NCBI GenBank assembly: GCA_002269645.1
Contig: NIVC01000838.1
Location: forward strand, 371,408 to 435,407
Direction of reading: 5' to 3'
DNA length: 64,000 nt
From: Macrostomum lignano
Lineage: Eukaryota
Positions 1 through 13,325 of the stretch are shown in pieces; position 1 is the stretch's first letter; every line of letters starts with the position of its first letter. The translations under genes were made by a program, and so were the position numbers. The notes under the pieces were generated by a model, which had not been told where the DNA came from, did not search any database, and saw nothing but the letters and a program-made list of their open reading frames with translations.

Positions 1-635
1 CCTCTCCTCCCTCTCCTCTCCTCTCTTCTCCTCTCCTCTCCTCTCCTCCCTCTCCTCTCCTCCTCCCTCTCCTCCTCCCTCTCCTCCCTCTCCTCCCTCT
101 CCTCCCTCTCCTCCCTCTCCTCCCTCTCCTCCCTCTCCTCTCCTCTCCTCTCCTCTCCTCTCCTCTCCTCTCCTCTCCTCTCCTCTCCTCTCCTCTCCTC
201 CCTCTCCTCTCCTCCTCCCTCTCCTCCTCCCTCTCCTCCCTCTCCTCCCTCTCCTCCCTCTCCTCCCTCTCCTCCCTCTCCTCCCTCTCCTCCCTCTCCT
301 CCTCCCTCTCCTCCCTCTCCTCTCCTCTCCTCTCATCCTCCCTCTCCTCCCTCTCCTCCCTCTCTTCCATCTCCTCCCTCTCCTCTCTCTCCTCTCCTCT
401 CCTCTCATCCTCCCTCTCCTCCCTCTCCTCCCTCTCTTCCATCTCCTCCCTCTCCTCTCCTCTCCTCTCCTCCTCCCTCTCCTCCCTCTCCTCTCCTCTC
501 CTTCTCCTCCCTCTCCTCCCTCTCCTCTCCTCCTCCCTCTCCTCCCTCTCCTCTCCTCTCCTTCTCCTCCCTCTCCTCCCTCTCCTCTCCTCTCCTCTCC
601 TCTCCTTCTCCACCCTCTTCTACCTCTCTTCTCTA
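1..635. repeat. CT-rich microsatellite/low-complexity tract (CTCTC/CCTCT units)
   Basis: Direct reading: almost exclusively C and T, mainly 5- and 8-nt units; runs off the left edge. Confidence 0.97.
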
Positions 636-1140
636 TAAAATTCCAAACCCCCTTTAGCAACCTATTTCTCATATCCATCGCAGCTATTTCTCATACAGTT
701 TATTATCTATCGCAGTAACAATGCCTCATAATTTAATCAAGTTGGAACTCACAGAATCCTTGCAGACTCCGATTGCGCCATTCGAGGCCGAACCGTTGCT
801 AACCAGTCTGAGTTGCTCAAACAGCATAATCGCGCATGATTATAAGCTCGTTTTATTCTTAAACCCTAATCACCAAACAGTTGGTTGGACCGAATTTCTT
901 AGAAAATTTCTGAAATCGAATGTTTGACAGATATACTCGTAGATATTGAAGGCTGTTGGTTCTTCAATTCTGGTTCCTTTTAACCTTTGTAAATAAGGCT
1001 CGTTTGTGGAAATATCCTTTGTCAGCCAATGGCAGCCAAGCAGCCAGTCATTGACCAATGAGAATGCTGCAATGGCTGGGCCAGGCTGCTAACCTCATGG
1101 GACTAAACTGTGCGTTATTCGCTACTAATGCATAAGTAGC

Positions 1141-2475
1141 ATTGTGATTATCATTAGGGACAGTGTGATTATCATAAGTGACAGTGTGATTATCATTAGC
1201 GACAGTGTGATTAACATAAGTGACAGTGTGATTATCATTAGCGACAGTGTGATTATCATTAGTGTCAGTGTGATTATCATTAGTGACATTGTGATTCTCA
1301 TTAGTGACATTGTGATTCTCATTAGTGACATTGTGATTCTCATTAGTGGCAGTGTGATTTTCATTAGTGAAATAGTGATTATCATTAGTGACAGTGTGAT
1401 TATCATTAGCGACAGTGTGATTAACATAAGTGACAGTGTGATTATCATTAGCGACAGTGTGATTCTCATTAGTGGCAGTGTGATTATCATTAGTGACAGT
1501 GTGATTATCATTAGGGACAGTGTGATTATCATTAGGGACATTGTGATTATCATTAGGGACATTGTGATTATCATTAGGGACAGTGTGATTATCATTAGTG
1601 ACATTGTGATTCTCATTAGTGACATTGTGATTCTCATTAGTGGCAGTGTGATTATCATTAGTGACAGTGTGATTATCATTAGTGACATTGTGATTCTCAT
1701 TAGTGGCAGTGTGATTTTCATTAGTCAAATCGTGATTATCATTAGTGACATTGTGATTATCATTAGTGACATTGTGATTGTCATTAGTGGCAGTGTGATT
1801 TTCATTAGTCAAATCGTGATTATCATTAGTGACATTGTGATTCTCATTAGTGGCAGTGTGATTTTCATTAGTGAAATCGTGATTATCATTAGTGACATTG
1901 TGATTATCATTAGTGACATTGTGATTATCATTAGTGACAGTGTGATTATCATTAGCGACAGTGTGATTAACATAAGTAACAGTGTGATTATCATTAGCGA
2001 CAGTGTGATTATCATTAGTGTCAGTGTGATTATCATTAGTGACATTGTGATTCTCATTAGTGACATTGTGATTCTCATTAGTGGCAGTGTGATTCTCATT
2101 AGTGGCAGTGTGATTTTCATTAGTGACATTGTGATTATCATTAGCGACAGTGTGATTATCATTAGTCAAATCGTGATTATCATTAGTGACAGTGTGATTA
2201 TCATTAGTCAAATCGTGATTATCATTAGCGACATTGTGATTATCATTAGTCAAATCGTGATTATCATTAGTGACATTGTGATTCTCATTAGTGGCAGTGT
2301 GATTTTCATTAGTCAAATCGTGATTATCATTAGTGACAGTGTGATTATCATTAGTGACATTGTGATTCTCATTAGTGGCAGTGTGATTTTCATTAGTCAA
2401 ATCGTGATTATCATTAGTGACATTGTGATTATCATTAGTGACATTGTGATTATCATTAGTGACATTGTGATTCTC
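1141..2475. repeat. 21-bp minisatellite (GTGATTATCATTAGTGACAGT), roughly 60 copies
   Basis: 21-nt periodicity visible; explains the TNDNHxx and IIISDxV ORFs on both strands. Confidence 0.95.
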
Positions 2476-2984
2476 CTGAGAATTTCATCGCTGTGAATAA
2501 TTTATCAAGGGAATTCTCACCAATCCCAGGAATTGCTTCCGTGTCCAAGCAGTGTGAGAGCTCCGTACCTGACTCACTCAATCGGCAATATCTCCGAATT
2601 CACTAATCCCGGCCTGTCAGTCAAAGTTGTCTGCCAGACCGCTGCTAAACGTCTTTGTTTGCTTGCCAAAGTCAAGCTGGCGATATCAATCAAGACTTGA
2701 GTCAGAATTTTGGGCCTTATCTGTGCATCCGACTGAGTGCCTCACCGTGACCCTTCACCGGCTGCCACCAAGCAGGCATTCGACCCGCTACCCGCCCTGA
2801 CTCGCTCAGAGTTCCCAGATTAATCTGGCGACTATTCGACGGTCTTTGTTCCTGAACTCGAAATGAATTATTTACTTTTATAGACTTCGATTTTCAGATG
2901 TGGCTAGGCCTGAGGTCTTTCTAAGAAAATATGCGCCGGATTTAAAGTACATTTGCTACTTCTGCTCTCTGCCACCGTTGTCAG

Positions 2985-2986
<2 letters not shown>

Positions 2987-3045
<59 letters not shown>

Positions 3046-3315
3046 TCTCTCTCTCCCTCCCTCTCTCTCCCTCTCTCTCTCTCTCCCTCCCTCTCTCTCC
3101 CTCTCTCTCTCTCTCCCTCCCTCTCTCTCCCTCTCTCTCTCTCTCTCTCCCTCTCTCTCTCTCCCTCTCTCTCTCTCTCTCCCTCCCTCTCTCTCCCCCC
3201 TCTCTCTCTCCCTCCCTCTCTCTCCCTCTCTCTCTCTCCCTCCCTCTCTCTCCCTCTCTCTCTCTCTCCCTCCCTCTCTCTCCCTCTCTCTCTCTCTCTC
3301 CCTCCTCTCTCTCCC

Positions 3316-3359
<44 letters not shown>

Positions 3360-3610
3360 CCTATCTCTAATCATGTCTAAAAAATGTCTAATCATATCCT
3401 TGGGTGTAACACGGCAGTGTTACTTTCATTTCAACCTTGCTATACATCGGAGAGTGCCCTCCTCTCTCCTCTCCTTCTCCCCCACTCTCCCTCTCTCACT
3501 CTCTCCCTCTCCCCATCTCCCTCTTCCTCTCTCCCTCTCCCCATCGCCCCTCTTTCTCTCTCCCTCTCCCACTCTCTCCCTCTTCTCATTCTCTCCTCTC
3601 TCCTTCTTTC
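2987..3610. repeat. (CT)n microsatellite and adjacent CT-rich low-complexity tract
   Basis: Direct reading; source of the SL-repeat ORFs. Confidence 0.95.
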
Positions 3611-4009
3611 AATTCTCCCCCATCTGCGTTGTATTTTCCCATGCAGAGTGAAAATGAAAATAAAAGATGGAAATCGCAGAGGATGTAATGCTTTGTTGAC
3701 TGAAAGGTGTATTTGCATAAACTCCAACTTTCCCAATCCAGCTTCTGTTTGCTAGAATTTCGAATCAAAGTGGCCGTTGATCAATTGGTTATAGAAACAA
3801 TTATCAAGTTCAGATCTGAATTAAATATAAGTTTGGTATGCAAGGACATTCAAATGTGCATGTAATCCATGAACTTCTCAAACAACTTAAAAATCTAAAT
3901 ACAAACACATGTTGTTGCAAAAAGTGTCTATCCAGCGCATCATGCAAAATCCAATGCAAAATTTGTTTTCATGCTGCTCGATAGCGGCAATCCGGTTGTC
4001 AACACTAAT

Positions 4010-4540
4010 CCGAAAACTAATCTCAACAAAAAGCCTGACGCTAATCCTAACCTTAATCCGGACACTAACGCTAATCCGGACACTAACCCTAATCCGGACA
4101 CTAATCCTAATCCGGACACTAGCCATGATCCAGACACTGACCTTAATCCGGACACTAACGCTAATCCGGACACTAACCCTAATCCGGACACTAATCCTAA
4201 TCCGGACACTAGCCATGATCCAGACACTGACCTTAATCCGGACACTAACCCTAATCCGGACAAAAACCCTAATCCAGACACAAACTCTCATACGGTCATT
4301 AACCCTACTCCGGACACTAACCCTAATTCGGACACTAACCCTAATCCGGAATCTAACCCTAATCCTGACACTAGCCCTAATCCGGACACTAACCCTAATT
4401 CGGACACTAACCCTAATCCGGACACAAATCCTAATCCGGACACTAGCCATAATCCAGACACTGACCCTAATCCGGACACTAACCCTAATCCGGACACTAA
4501 CGCTAATCCAGACAATAACCCTAATCCGGAAAACTAACCC
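4010..4540. repeat. 18-bp minisatellite (CTAATCCGGACACTAACC)
   Basis: 18-nt periodicity; unit contains a telomere-like AACCCTAA; explains the NPDTNP ORF. Confidence 0.92.
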
Positions 4541-4676
4541 AACTGTCATTCATCCACTGCCTCAACCCGAATCCAGAATGTCCAAATTTCTCTAACAAGC
4601 TGAGAGCTCTGTCAGTATGTGTCAGACTTGTGACAGTGTCAGTCAGCAACTGTCACAGGCTGGCACTTCAGCATCT

Positions 4677-7600
4677 TCAGTTAAAGAAGCCCCACATGAA
4701 CAGCCCGATTGCCACGGCCGCAGCGGACAGAATGTCCACTAGAGTCTGCCACTTGGGATTCACTCGGGAAGCTGTGGCCGTCATCCTGAGCTCGATGGCC
4801 TCTCTGACGGACTCGTCAAGTTGATCCTCGACTTCGGTGGCCCCGCAGAACACGTGGATCAGGGTGGTTTTCCAGTCCCGGCCTCCCGAACCCTCTTTCT
4901 GCTCGCTCTCCTTGGCCAAGGCCTGCATGTCGGGGACTTCGGTCTCGTCAAGGATGCGCTGGATCTCCTCGTTGCTGCGCAGGGTCCAAATTGTGGTGCC
5001 GACCAGCTGAAGGCGGGCAGGTGGGTAGGCAGGCCTGACCATGATGTGTCAGATCTTATCCACGATCCTGACCATAATGTGTCAGATCTTATTGACTCTC
5101 CTGACCATAATGTGTCAGATCATATTGACTTTCCTGACCATAATGTGTCAGAACTTATTGACTCTCCTGACCATAATGTGTCAGATCTTATTGACTCTCC
5201 TGACCATAATGTGTCAGAACTTATTGACTCTCCTGACCATAATGTGTCAGAACTTATTGACTCTCCTGACCATAATGTGTCAGATCTTATCCACGATCCT
5301 GACCATAATGTGTCAGATCTTATTGACTCTCCTGACCATAATGTGTCAGATCATATTGACTTTCCTGACCATAATGTGTCAGAACTTATTGACTCTCCTG
5401 GCCATAATGTGTCAGATCTTATCGACTATCCTGACTAGAATGTGTCAGATCTATCAACTATCCTGACTAGAATGAGTCAGATCTATCAAGTATCTTGACT
5501 AGAATGAGTCAGATCTATCAAGTATCTTGACTAGAATGTGTCAGATCCATCAACTATCCTGACTAGAATGAGTCAGATCCATCAACTATCCTGACTAGAA
5601 TGAGTCAGATCTATTGAGTATCCTGACTAGAATGAGTCAGATCTATTAAGTATCCTGACTAGAATGAGTCAGATCTATTAAGTATCCTGACTAGAATGAA
5701 GTCAGATCTGTCAACTATCCTGACTAGAATGTGTCAAATCCATCAACTATCCTGACTAGAATGAGTCAGATTTATCAACTATCCTGACTAGAATGAGTCA
5801 GATCTGTCAACTATCCTGACTAGAATGAGTCAGATCTATCAACTATCCTGACTAGAATGTGTCAGATCTATTGAGTATCCTGACTAGAATGAGTCAGATC
5901 TGTCAACTATCCTGACTAGAATGAGTCATATCCATCAACTATCCTGACTAGAATGAGTCAGATCTATTGAGTATCCTGACTAGAATGAGTCAGATCTGTC
6001 AACTATCCTGACTAGAATGAGTCAGATCTATCAACTATCCTGACTAGAATGAGTCAGATCTATTGAGTATCCTGACTAGAATGAGTCAGATCTGTCAACT
6101 ATCCTGACTAGAATGAGTCAGGTCTATTAAGTATCCCGACTAGAATGAGTCAGATCTATTAAGTATCCTGACTAGAATGAGTCAGATCTATCAACTATCC
6201 TGACTAGAATGAGTCAGCTATATCGAATCGAAGCTCCTCAGACTCCCAACGCGGTCAGTGCTCACCCTCTCCTTGGGCAGCGGCCGCGTCACCAGGCTGA
6301 CCACAAAGCTGATGATGGCGCTCAACGAGAACAGGAAGATGGCAAAGTGCAGGTAGTGGAAATTCCTCAGCAGCTCATGCCTGGTGTCCTCCTCACCGCA
6401 GCCTGGCGGCGACTCGATGAAGCTCCAGATCATTCTGGCCACGCCCACCACCAGCCCGACGGCAAGGCCCCAGAAGGCGCCCTCCTCGTTCATCCGGGTC
6501 CACATCACGGCCATGAGGAAGCAGGCGAACAGCGGCGGCGCCAGGAAGCTGTTGATCTGCTGCAGGTAGTGAAAGATCTGCCCGCCTTCGGCCAAGTCAA
6601 CGGTCGGCAGCCAGGCGATGCCGATCAGCAGGAAGCCGAGGGTGAACACCCTGCTCACCAGCATCTGCTCCTTGTTGTTTGCGTGCGGCCGGAACTTCAG
6701 CCAGATGTCCACCGTGAACAGGGTGGCCGCGCTGTTGAATATCGACGTCAAGGAGGACATCAGGGCTGCCAGCAGGGCTGACACCATCAGGCCCTTCACT
6801 ATGGTGGGCATCACCTGCGGGGTTGATGGCGAAGGCAATGACCTTTGGCCTTTTCCAAAATCTGCCTCTCTCCGCTCCCTCAGTGCTTGAATCTGCCTCT
6901 CTCCGCTCCCTCAGTGCTTGAATCTGCCTCTCTCCGCTCCCTCAGTGCTTGAATCTGCCTCTCTCCGCTCCCTCAGTGCTTGAATCTGCCTCTCTCCGCT
7001 CCCTCAGTGCTTGAATCTGCCTCTCTCCGCTCCCTCAGTGCTTGAATCTGCCTCTCCCTCAGTGCCAGAATCTGCCTCTCTCCGCTCCCTCAGTGCTTGA
7101 ATCTGCCTCTCTCCGCTCCCTCAGTGCTTGAATCTGCCTCTCCCTCAGTGCTTGAATCTGCCTCTCCCTCAGTGCTTGAATCTGCCTCTCCCTCAGTGCC
7201 AGAATCTGCCTCTCTCCGCTCCCTCAGTGCTTGAATCTGCCTCTCCCTCAGTGCTTGAATCTGCCTCTCTCCACTTCCTCAGTGCTTGAATCTGCCTCTC
7301 TCCGCTCCCTCAGTGCTTGAATCTGCCTCTCTCCGCTCCCTCAATGCTTGAATCTGCCTCTCTCCCCTCCCTCAGTGCTTGAATCTGCCTCTCTCCGCTC
7401 CCTCAGTGCGTGACTCACCCGCAGCACCAGGTAAAAGTAGGCGGCATTGCTGCAGCCACCGGGACTGCCGCACTCCTTATTGCAGGAATCGGCGCTGCCG
7501 CAGGCGACCACATCCGGGAAGAGAATTCTCGCCACCATGCCGGGCCAGATCATGATGAACAGAGGCAGGATCTTCAGGATGGCGGCCATGGCTGTGCCAG

Positions 7601-10600
7601 CCTTGGCGTGAGTGAGGTCCTTGGCGGCCAGGATGCGCTGCACCAGCACCTGGTCGGTGCAGAAGTACCAGCCGGACAGAATGAAGGCGCCCAAGCTGAT
7701 GCCGAGCCAGGGGTACTCCGGGTCAGTGATGGGGCGCATCATCTTGAATGCGTCCGGGTCCGCCAGGCCGCAGGTCGAGTTGCCAAGGAGGGTCTCGTTG
7801 GCGATGGACCTGAAGTATAAATTCTCCATGTTCTCGTAGGATCCCACTGCGTTCAGGCCTGCGTGGGTGGGAGAGTTTTGCGGTTTTGAATTGGAGTCAA
7901 ATATCACTGAATTTGAGTCTGTTTTTCTGACCTCCAATCTCCCCTCAGCTGTCCTCCAATCTCCCCTCAGCTGTCCTCCAATCTCCCCTCAGCTGTCCTC
8001 TAATCTCCCCTTAGCTGTCCTCCAATCTTCCCTTAGCTGCCCTCCAATCTCCCCCATCTCTAATCTCCCCTCAGCTGTCCTCCAATCTTCCCTTAGCTGT
8101 CCTCCAATCTTCCCTTAGCTGCCCTCCAATCTCCCCCATCTCTAATCTCCCCTCAGCTGTCCTCCAATCTCCCCTCAGCTGTCCTCCAATCTCCCCTCAG
8201 CTGTCCTCCAATCTCCCCTCAGCTGACCTCCAATCTCCCCTCAGCTGACCTCCAATCTCCCCTCAGCTGTCCTCCAATCTCCCCTCAGCTGTCCTCCAAT
8301 CTCCCCTCAGCTGTCCTCCAATCTTCCCTTAGCTGTCCTCCAATCTTCCCTTAGCTGCCCTCCAATCTCCCCTCAGCTGACCTCCAATCTCCCCTCAGCT
8401 GTCCTCCAATCTCCCCTCAGCTGTCCTCCAATCTTCCCTTAGCTGTCCTCCAATCTTCCCTTAGCTGCCCTCCAATCTCCCCTCAGCTGACCTCCAATCT
8501 CCCCTCAGCTGTCCTCCAATCTCCCCTCAGCTGTCCTCCAATCTTCCCTTAGCTGTCCTCCAATCTTCCCTTAGCTGCCCTCCAATCTCCCCAATCTCCA
8601 ATCTCCCCAATCTCCAATCTCCCCACCACCTCCTTTCTCCCCCACCTCCAATCTCCTCCATCTCCAATCTCCCCATCTCCAATCTGCTCCATCTCCAATC
8701 TCCCCATCTCCAATCCCCCAACTCCAATCTCCCCAAACTCCAATCTCCCCCAACCCCAATCTCCCCCAACTCCGATCTCCCCCACCTCTAATCTCCCCCC
8801 AAGCCGCCTACTAAAACCTCCCCCACCTCTAACCTCCCCATCCCCAACCTCGCCACCACCGGCATCCCCGGAGACTCACTGAAGCCGGTCAGAATGAAGG
8901 CGCCGATGACCACAATGACACCTTGAAGCGCATCTGTGTAGATCACTGCCGAGAGTCCGCCTAGTTTTAAAAACATTTTCCATCGTTATTATCTTGAAAA
9001 ATTGATGCTTAATAATATCTTTGGATGAAGTCATAAAATATTACGATTATAAAGCAATTCTCTTATCAGAAAAGTCATTTTTTGTGATCTTGTTGATACA
9101 ACGGTATCTCCTAGTGGTCCTTTTGAGTACATTTAGCGTGCATACAATGTACATTTAGCGTACATCTTATGTACATTTAGCGTACATCCAATGTAAATTT
9201 AGCGTACATCCAATATAGAGTTGGTGTACATCCAATGTACATTTAGCGTACATCCAATGTAAATTTAGCGTACATCCAATGTACAGTTGGTGTACATCCA
9301 ATGTACATTTAGCGTACATCCAATGTACAGTTGGTGTATATCCAATGTAAATTTAGCGTACATCCAATAGTGAAACATCCTCACCAAGAATGGTGTACAG
9401 CGTGGTGACAGCCAGCAGCCCGAGCAGCGCCAGGTACTTGTTGTCAATCAGCAGGGCCTGCTGGAGGATGAGAACTCCGCCGTAGAGTTCGCCCTTGTGA
9501 ATGAATTAAAAAGAAAAAAGTTTTTTTTAAATAAAAATAGTTCTAAAACCCCCTTTCGCCTACTGACAGTGAATAGTTTGTAAGTAGTTTAAATAATAAT
9601 GAATAAAGATTGAAGCCCTACCGACAGTTTGGTGAAGACAAACAGAATGAGGTTCTGCACTGCCAGGTACATCTGCAGCCGGCTGCCGCCGAAGCGCCTC
9701 CGCAGATATTCGGGCATGGTGAAGGCGCCCGAGCTCACGTACACCGGATGAAGGCGTACCCCAGCAGGATGATGCCGAACAGACCCTGGATGGTGGATAT
9801 TTCAAGATTCTTCGGTGTCGGTTGATGGCTCGATTTCAGATTCGTTTCGTTAGCCACACTGACACCTGATCTAGCAATATGCTGACTTACCGATACAATG
9901 CACCCCTGACACCCATTGTGGCACTCTTGACATCCAAATTGAGTGTCTCCTGACACACTGGTTAATGCTCTCTGACAGGTGAATTCGTCATCCCCTGACA
10001 CCCCTATTTGTCACCCCCTGACACCCCTATTTGTCATCCCCCTGACATCCCTTTTCTCACCCCTGACACCCCTATTTGTCACCCCCCTGACACCCCTGTT
10101 TTTCATTCCCCTGACATCCCTTTTTTTCATCCCCTGATACCCCTATTTGCCATCCCCTGACACCCCTGTTTGTCATCCCCTGACACCCATATTTGTCATC
10201 CTCCTGACATCCCTATTTGTCATCCTCCTGACATCCCTTTTTCTCACCCCCTGACACCCATTTGACACCCCTGACACCCCTATTTGTCGCCTTCCACATC
10301 TTTTTTGTCACCCCCTTACACCCTATTTGTAATCCTATGACATTTTTGTCACCCCCTGACACCCCTTTTTGTCATCACCCCTGACACCTTTTTTGTCACA
10401 CCCTGACACCTCTTTTTGTCACCCCTGACACCCTATTTGTAATCATCTGACTCCCCTATTTGTCATCCCCCTGGCACCCCTATCTGTCACCCCCTGACAC
10501 CCCTATCTGTCACCCCCTGACAGCCCTATTCGTTAAACCCTGACATCCTATTTAGCTGTCCCTGACACCCAGTTCGCCGCGCCACCTGAAACCTAATTTA

Positions 10601-11441
10601 TCGCCACCTGGCAACCATTTCGGCCGAGGCCAGGCAGAGTTCGAACTCACGCAGAATTCGTAGCAAAGCACGGCGACGCCTTTGGCAGCGGCTGAGCCGG
10701 CCACGCCCATGAAGCTGCTGCTGCCGATGTTGCTCATGTACAGCGACAGGCCCACCAGCGGCCAGGTCATGTCCCGGCCGGCCAGAAAGTAGCTTTCAGC
10801 CGAAGTCTTTGTACTTCTCAGGGACGACTAGAATTTGAAGGCGGGAGGGGGTAGCTTTGAATCGAGCTTGCAGACATCAGTAGTATGTGAGTCAGTAGTA
10901 AGTTTCCAGTCAAAGTCGTATTTGCCATCCGATAACATTTTCACTCCACTAAGTGTCAGTCCGAACAGTTTCACTCCATAAAAAGTCACTCTGGTATTTT
11001 CACTCTTTAAATTGTCACCCTGGTATTTTCACTATATAAATTGTCACTCTGGGTATTTTCACTATATAAATTGTCACTCTGGGTATTTTCACTATATCTA
11101 TTGTCACCCTGGGTATTTTCACTATATAAATATTGTCACTCTGGGTATTTTCACTAAATAAATTGTCACTCTGGGTATTTTCACTATATAAATATTGTCA
11201 CTCTGAGTATTTTCACTATATCTATTGTCACCCTGGGTATCTTTACTGAATCTATTGTAACTCCGGTATTTCCACTCGATTCAATTTCACTCAGAAATCG
11301 GTACTCTGTCAAATTTCACACTGTCACACTATCCAATGTCACTCCTGCAGAAATGTCACTCACCCATAGTCCGAGTGCTACGGTGATGCTGAAGTGCGCA
11401 CCGACAACCAGGTAGTCGCCCAGAGCGAGCGGGTCGTCCAT
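4677..11441 (-). CDS. SLC5 (SGLT/SMIT-like) sodium:solute symporter, 8 coding exons, about 642 aa after repairing one 1-nt deletion
   Basis: Exons 11364-11441, 10651-10827, 9622-9785, 9385-9493, 8880-8960, 7419-7858, 6266-6814, 4677-5006, all GT-AG with compatible phases except exon 3 (164 nt, one short, near 9746). SSS-family motifs: YFLAGRDMTWPLVGLSLYMSNIGS, TMPEYLRRRFGG, GGLSAVIYTDALQ, WYFCTDQVLVQRILAAKD, LMSSLTSIFNSAATLFTVDIW. A 3' splice site at 11462-11463 implies an upstream 5'UTR exon. Confidence 0.93.
5036..6215. repeat. Bipartite minisatellite in SLC5 intron 7: 33-bp unit (CTGACCATAATGTGTCAGATCTTATTGACTCTC) switching near 5430 to a related 32-bp unit (CTGACTAGAATGAGTCAGATCTATCAACTATC)
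   Basis: Unit lengths counted between successive CTGAC starts. Confidence 0.95.
6860..7410. repeat. 31-bp minisatellite in SLC5 intron 6 (GAATCTGCCTCTCTCCGCTCCCTCAGTGCTT, with 24-bp variants)
   Basis: Direct reading; the array begins about 9 nt inside the splice donor. Confidence 0.95.
7930..8845. repeat. 22-bp minisatellite in SLC5 intron 5 (CTCCAATCTCCCCTCAGCTGTC), decaying into shorter CTCCAATCTCCC units
   Basis: Direct reading. Confidence 0.93.
9130..9366. repeat. 22-bp minisatellite in SLC5 intron 4 (ACATTTAGCGTACATCCAATGT)
   Basis: Direct reading, about 10 copies. Confidence 0.9.
9990..10570. repeat. Degenerate ~22-bp minisatellite in SLC5 intron 2 (CCCCTGACACCCCTATTTGTCA)
   Basis: Direct reading. 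Confidence 0.9.
10960..11270. repeat. ~30-bp minisatellite in SLC5 intron 1 (TATTTTCACTATATAAATTGTCACTCTGGG)
   Basis: Direct reading. Confidence 0.88.
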
Positions 11442-12019
11442 ATTTTCGATGACTGAGACAGCTAAGAAATTTCCAGAACAAATTAATTCTCTTCAACACT
11501 TTTAGCCAACCGGTCCTTTAATTTTAATTTTAATTTCGCCTTCAATTTTAAAGGCAAACAAAAAACGCCAGAGATCAGTGAATATTGAAGGCGAGTTGGT
11601 TGCCTGGCAACGGACAAAATAACCTTGGCGCAAAGCAGTGCAGAGCTGCTGATAGGGGAGGGGCAGGTTGGAGGTGAGCAACAACTCAGACCACTCAAAT
11701 AAGTCAGCAATGCCAAAACTGACCAGATCTCCAAGCTGGTCTTATCGGTACCTTGCTTGAATTTTTGATTGAAAAGGCTCAAAACCAGCCCGTGTGAGTC
11801 TCGCTAAAAATTAAAATTTCCAAACAGAATTATCATAAATTTTTGCCTTGAAAAGAGACGCGATAAGGGCGATTCAAATTGTGACAACTGTGAATTTATT
11901 CACAGAGAAGAATCTGCTGAATAAGATTGAGAGTTGAAATGTACTTTTGATTTAGCAGTCAGAAAGTTGGTCACTCTGATTATTTGTCCTTTCTTTGACC
12001 CCCCTGCGGCACCTTCTAC

Positions 12020-12492
12020 CACTCCCTCTACCCCTCCCTCTACCACTCCCTCTACCCCTTTCTCTACCTCTCCCTCTACCCCTTTCTCTACTACTCCCTC
12101 TACCACTCCCTCTACCGCTCCCTCTACCCTCCCTCTACCCCTCCCTCTACCCTCCCTCTACCCCTCCCTCTACCCCTCCTTCTACCACTCCCTCTACCCC
12201 TCCCTCTACCACTCCCTCTACCACTCCCTCTACCCCTCCCTCTACCCCTCCTTCTACCACTCCTTCTACCACTCCCTCTACCCCTCCCTCTACCACTCCC
12301 TCTACCACTCCCTCTACCCTCCCTCTACCCCTCCTTCTACCCCTCCCTCTACCACTCCCTCTACCACTCCCTCTACCACTCCCTCTACCCTCCTTCTACC
12401 CCTCCCTCTACCACTCCCTCTACCACTCCCTCTACCACTCCCTCTACCACTCCCTCTACCAATCCCTCTACCACTCCCTCTACCCTCCCTCT
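12020..12492. repeat. ~12-bp repeat (CCCTCCCTCTAC family)
   Basis: Direct reading; the same family recurs at 16275-17172. Confidence 0.93.
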
Positions 12493-13325
12493 TCAAGCCC
12501 TTAATCTTTTTGAAATAGTGTCAGACTGAGTGAAGCACAGTTCTTATCAAGCAGCTAAAGACACAAAAAGCTCTACAGTTAAAGTGGCTCATATTTTGTC
12601 TTATTTTATTTTCCAACCTAATTTTCATCAAGTTTGAAGGGCCATCCACCTGGCTGTTGGAGGTCCTTTAATTGTAAAGTTAGTTTTGAATATGAAAAGG
12701 CACAGGCCAGAGAAATATGCTCTGCGCCCCCGAACTCGAAACTCGCCAGCATTTTTTCGACCCCACTCTCCACCCAGGTCCATAAATTAGCGCGCAAGTT
12801 TGCGTGTACAGTCCCTCTCAAGCAAACAAGAGCAGGCTCAGAAATTTGAACAGAAATAGGTGAGAAAATAAGCGGCGAGAGGCGAATGCAGTGGTGGGGG
12901 CGGGGGTTATTCTCGACTGCAAAGACAAAAGACTGCGAACCCCTGCCGATGAACATTGAGAGCTTAACACAGAGCGCGAGCAGCAGGAGCAGCAAGGGGC
13001 CTGGCAACTCGGTCTCTCATTGTGCGTTGTTCACCCCCCTCCATCATGCCCCCAGTGGCTGGCCCGGTCGTGGAGCTTTCAAACACAAATTCGCTGCTGG
13101 TTTGTCTCTGCACTGTACACCCGGGTGTCCAGTCCAGACACTCTAGTCTAGCAGTCCATGGCGCAGACAGCCATCCACCCATCGTAGCACTACTTCTGCC
13201 GTCTATCTATCTATTCGCAGACGGACAGAAAATCACAAAAAAACGGAAAATACAGAAACACCTCCGTCTCTTAGGTGGGACTTTCGAGCTGTCCGAAAAT
13301 TTCTTCATCAGATTGTTGAACCGCG

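Noticed and set aside
690-1140. Possible small exons between the first repeats
   Set aside because: Short open frames on both strands with no recognisable motif or convincing splice pairs.
1048-2496. 450-aa ORFs (TNDNH and IIISD repeats)
   Set aside because: A 21-bp unit divisible by 3 keeps several frames open on both strands; no splice signals or unique domain.
3971-4537. NPDTNP ORF reminiscent of circumsporozoite-type repeats
   Set aside because: 18-bp minisatellite open in several frames on both strands; no signal peptide or anchor.
11483-13182. Short ORFs between SLC5 and the 13326 gene
   Set aside because: No recognisable homology or coding bias; likely divergent promoter or UTR DNA plus a repeat.
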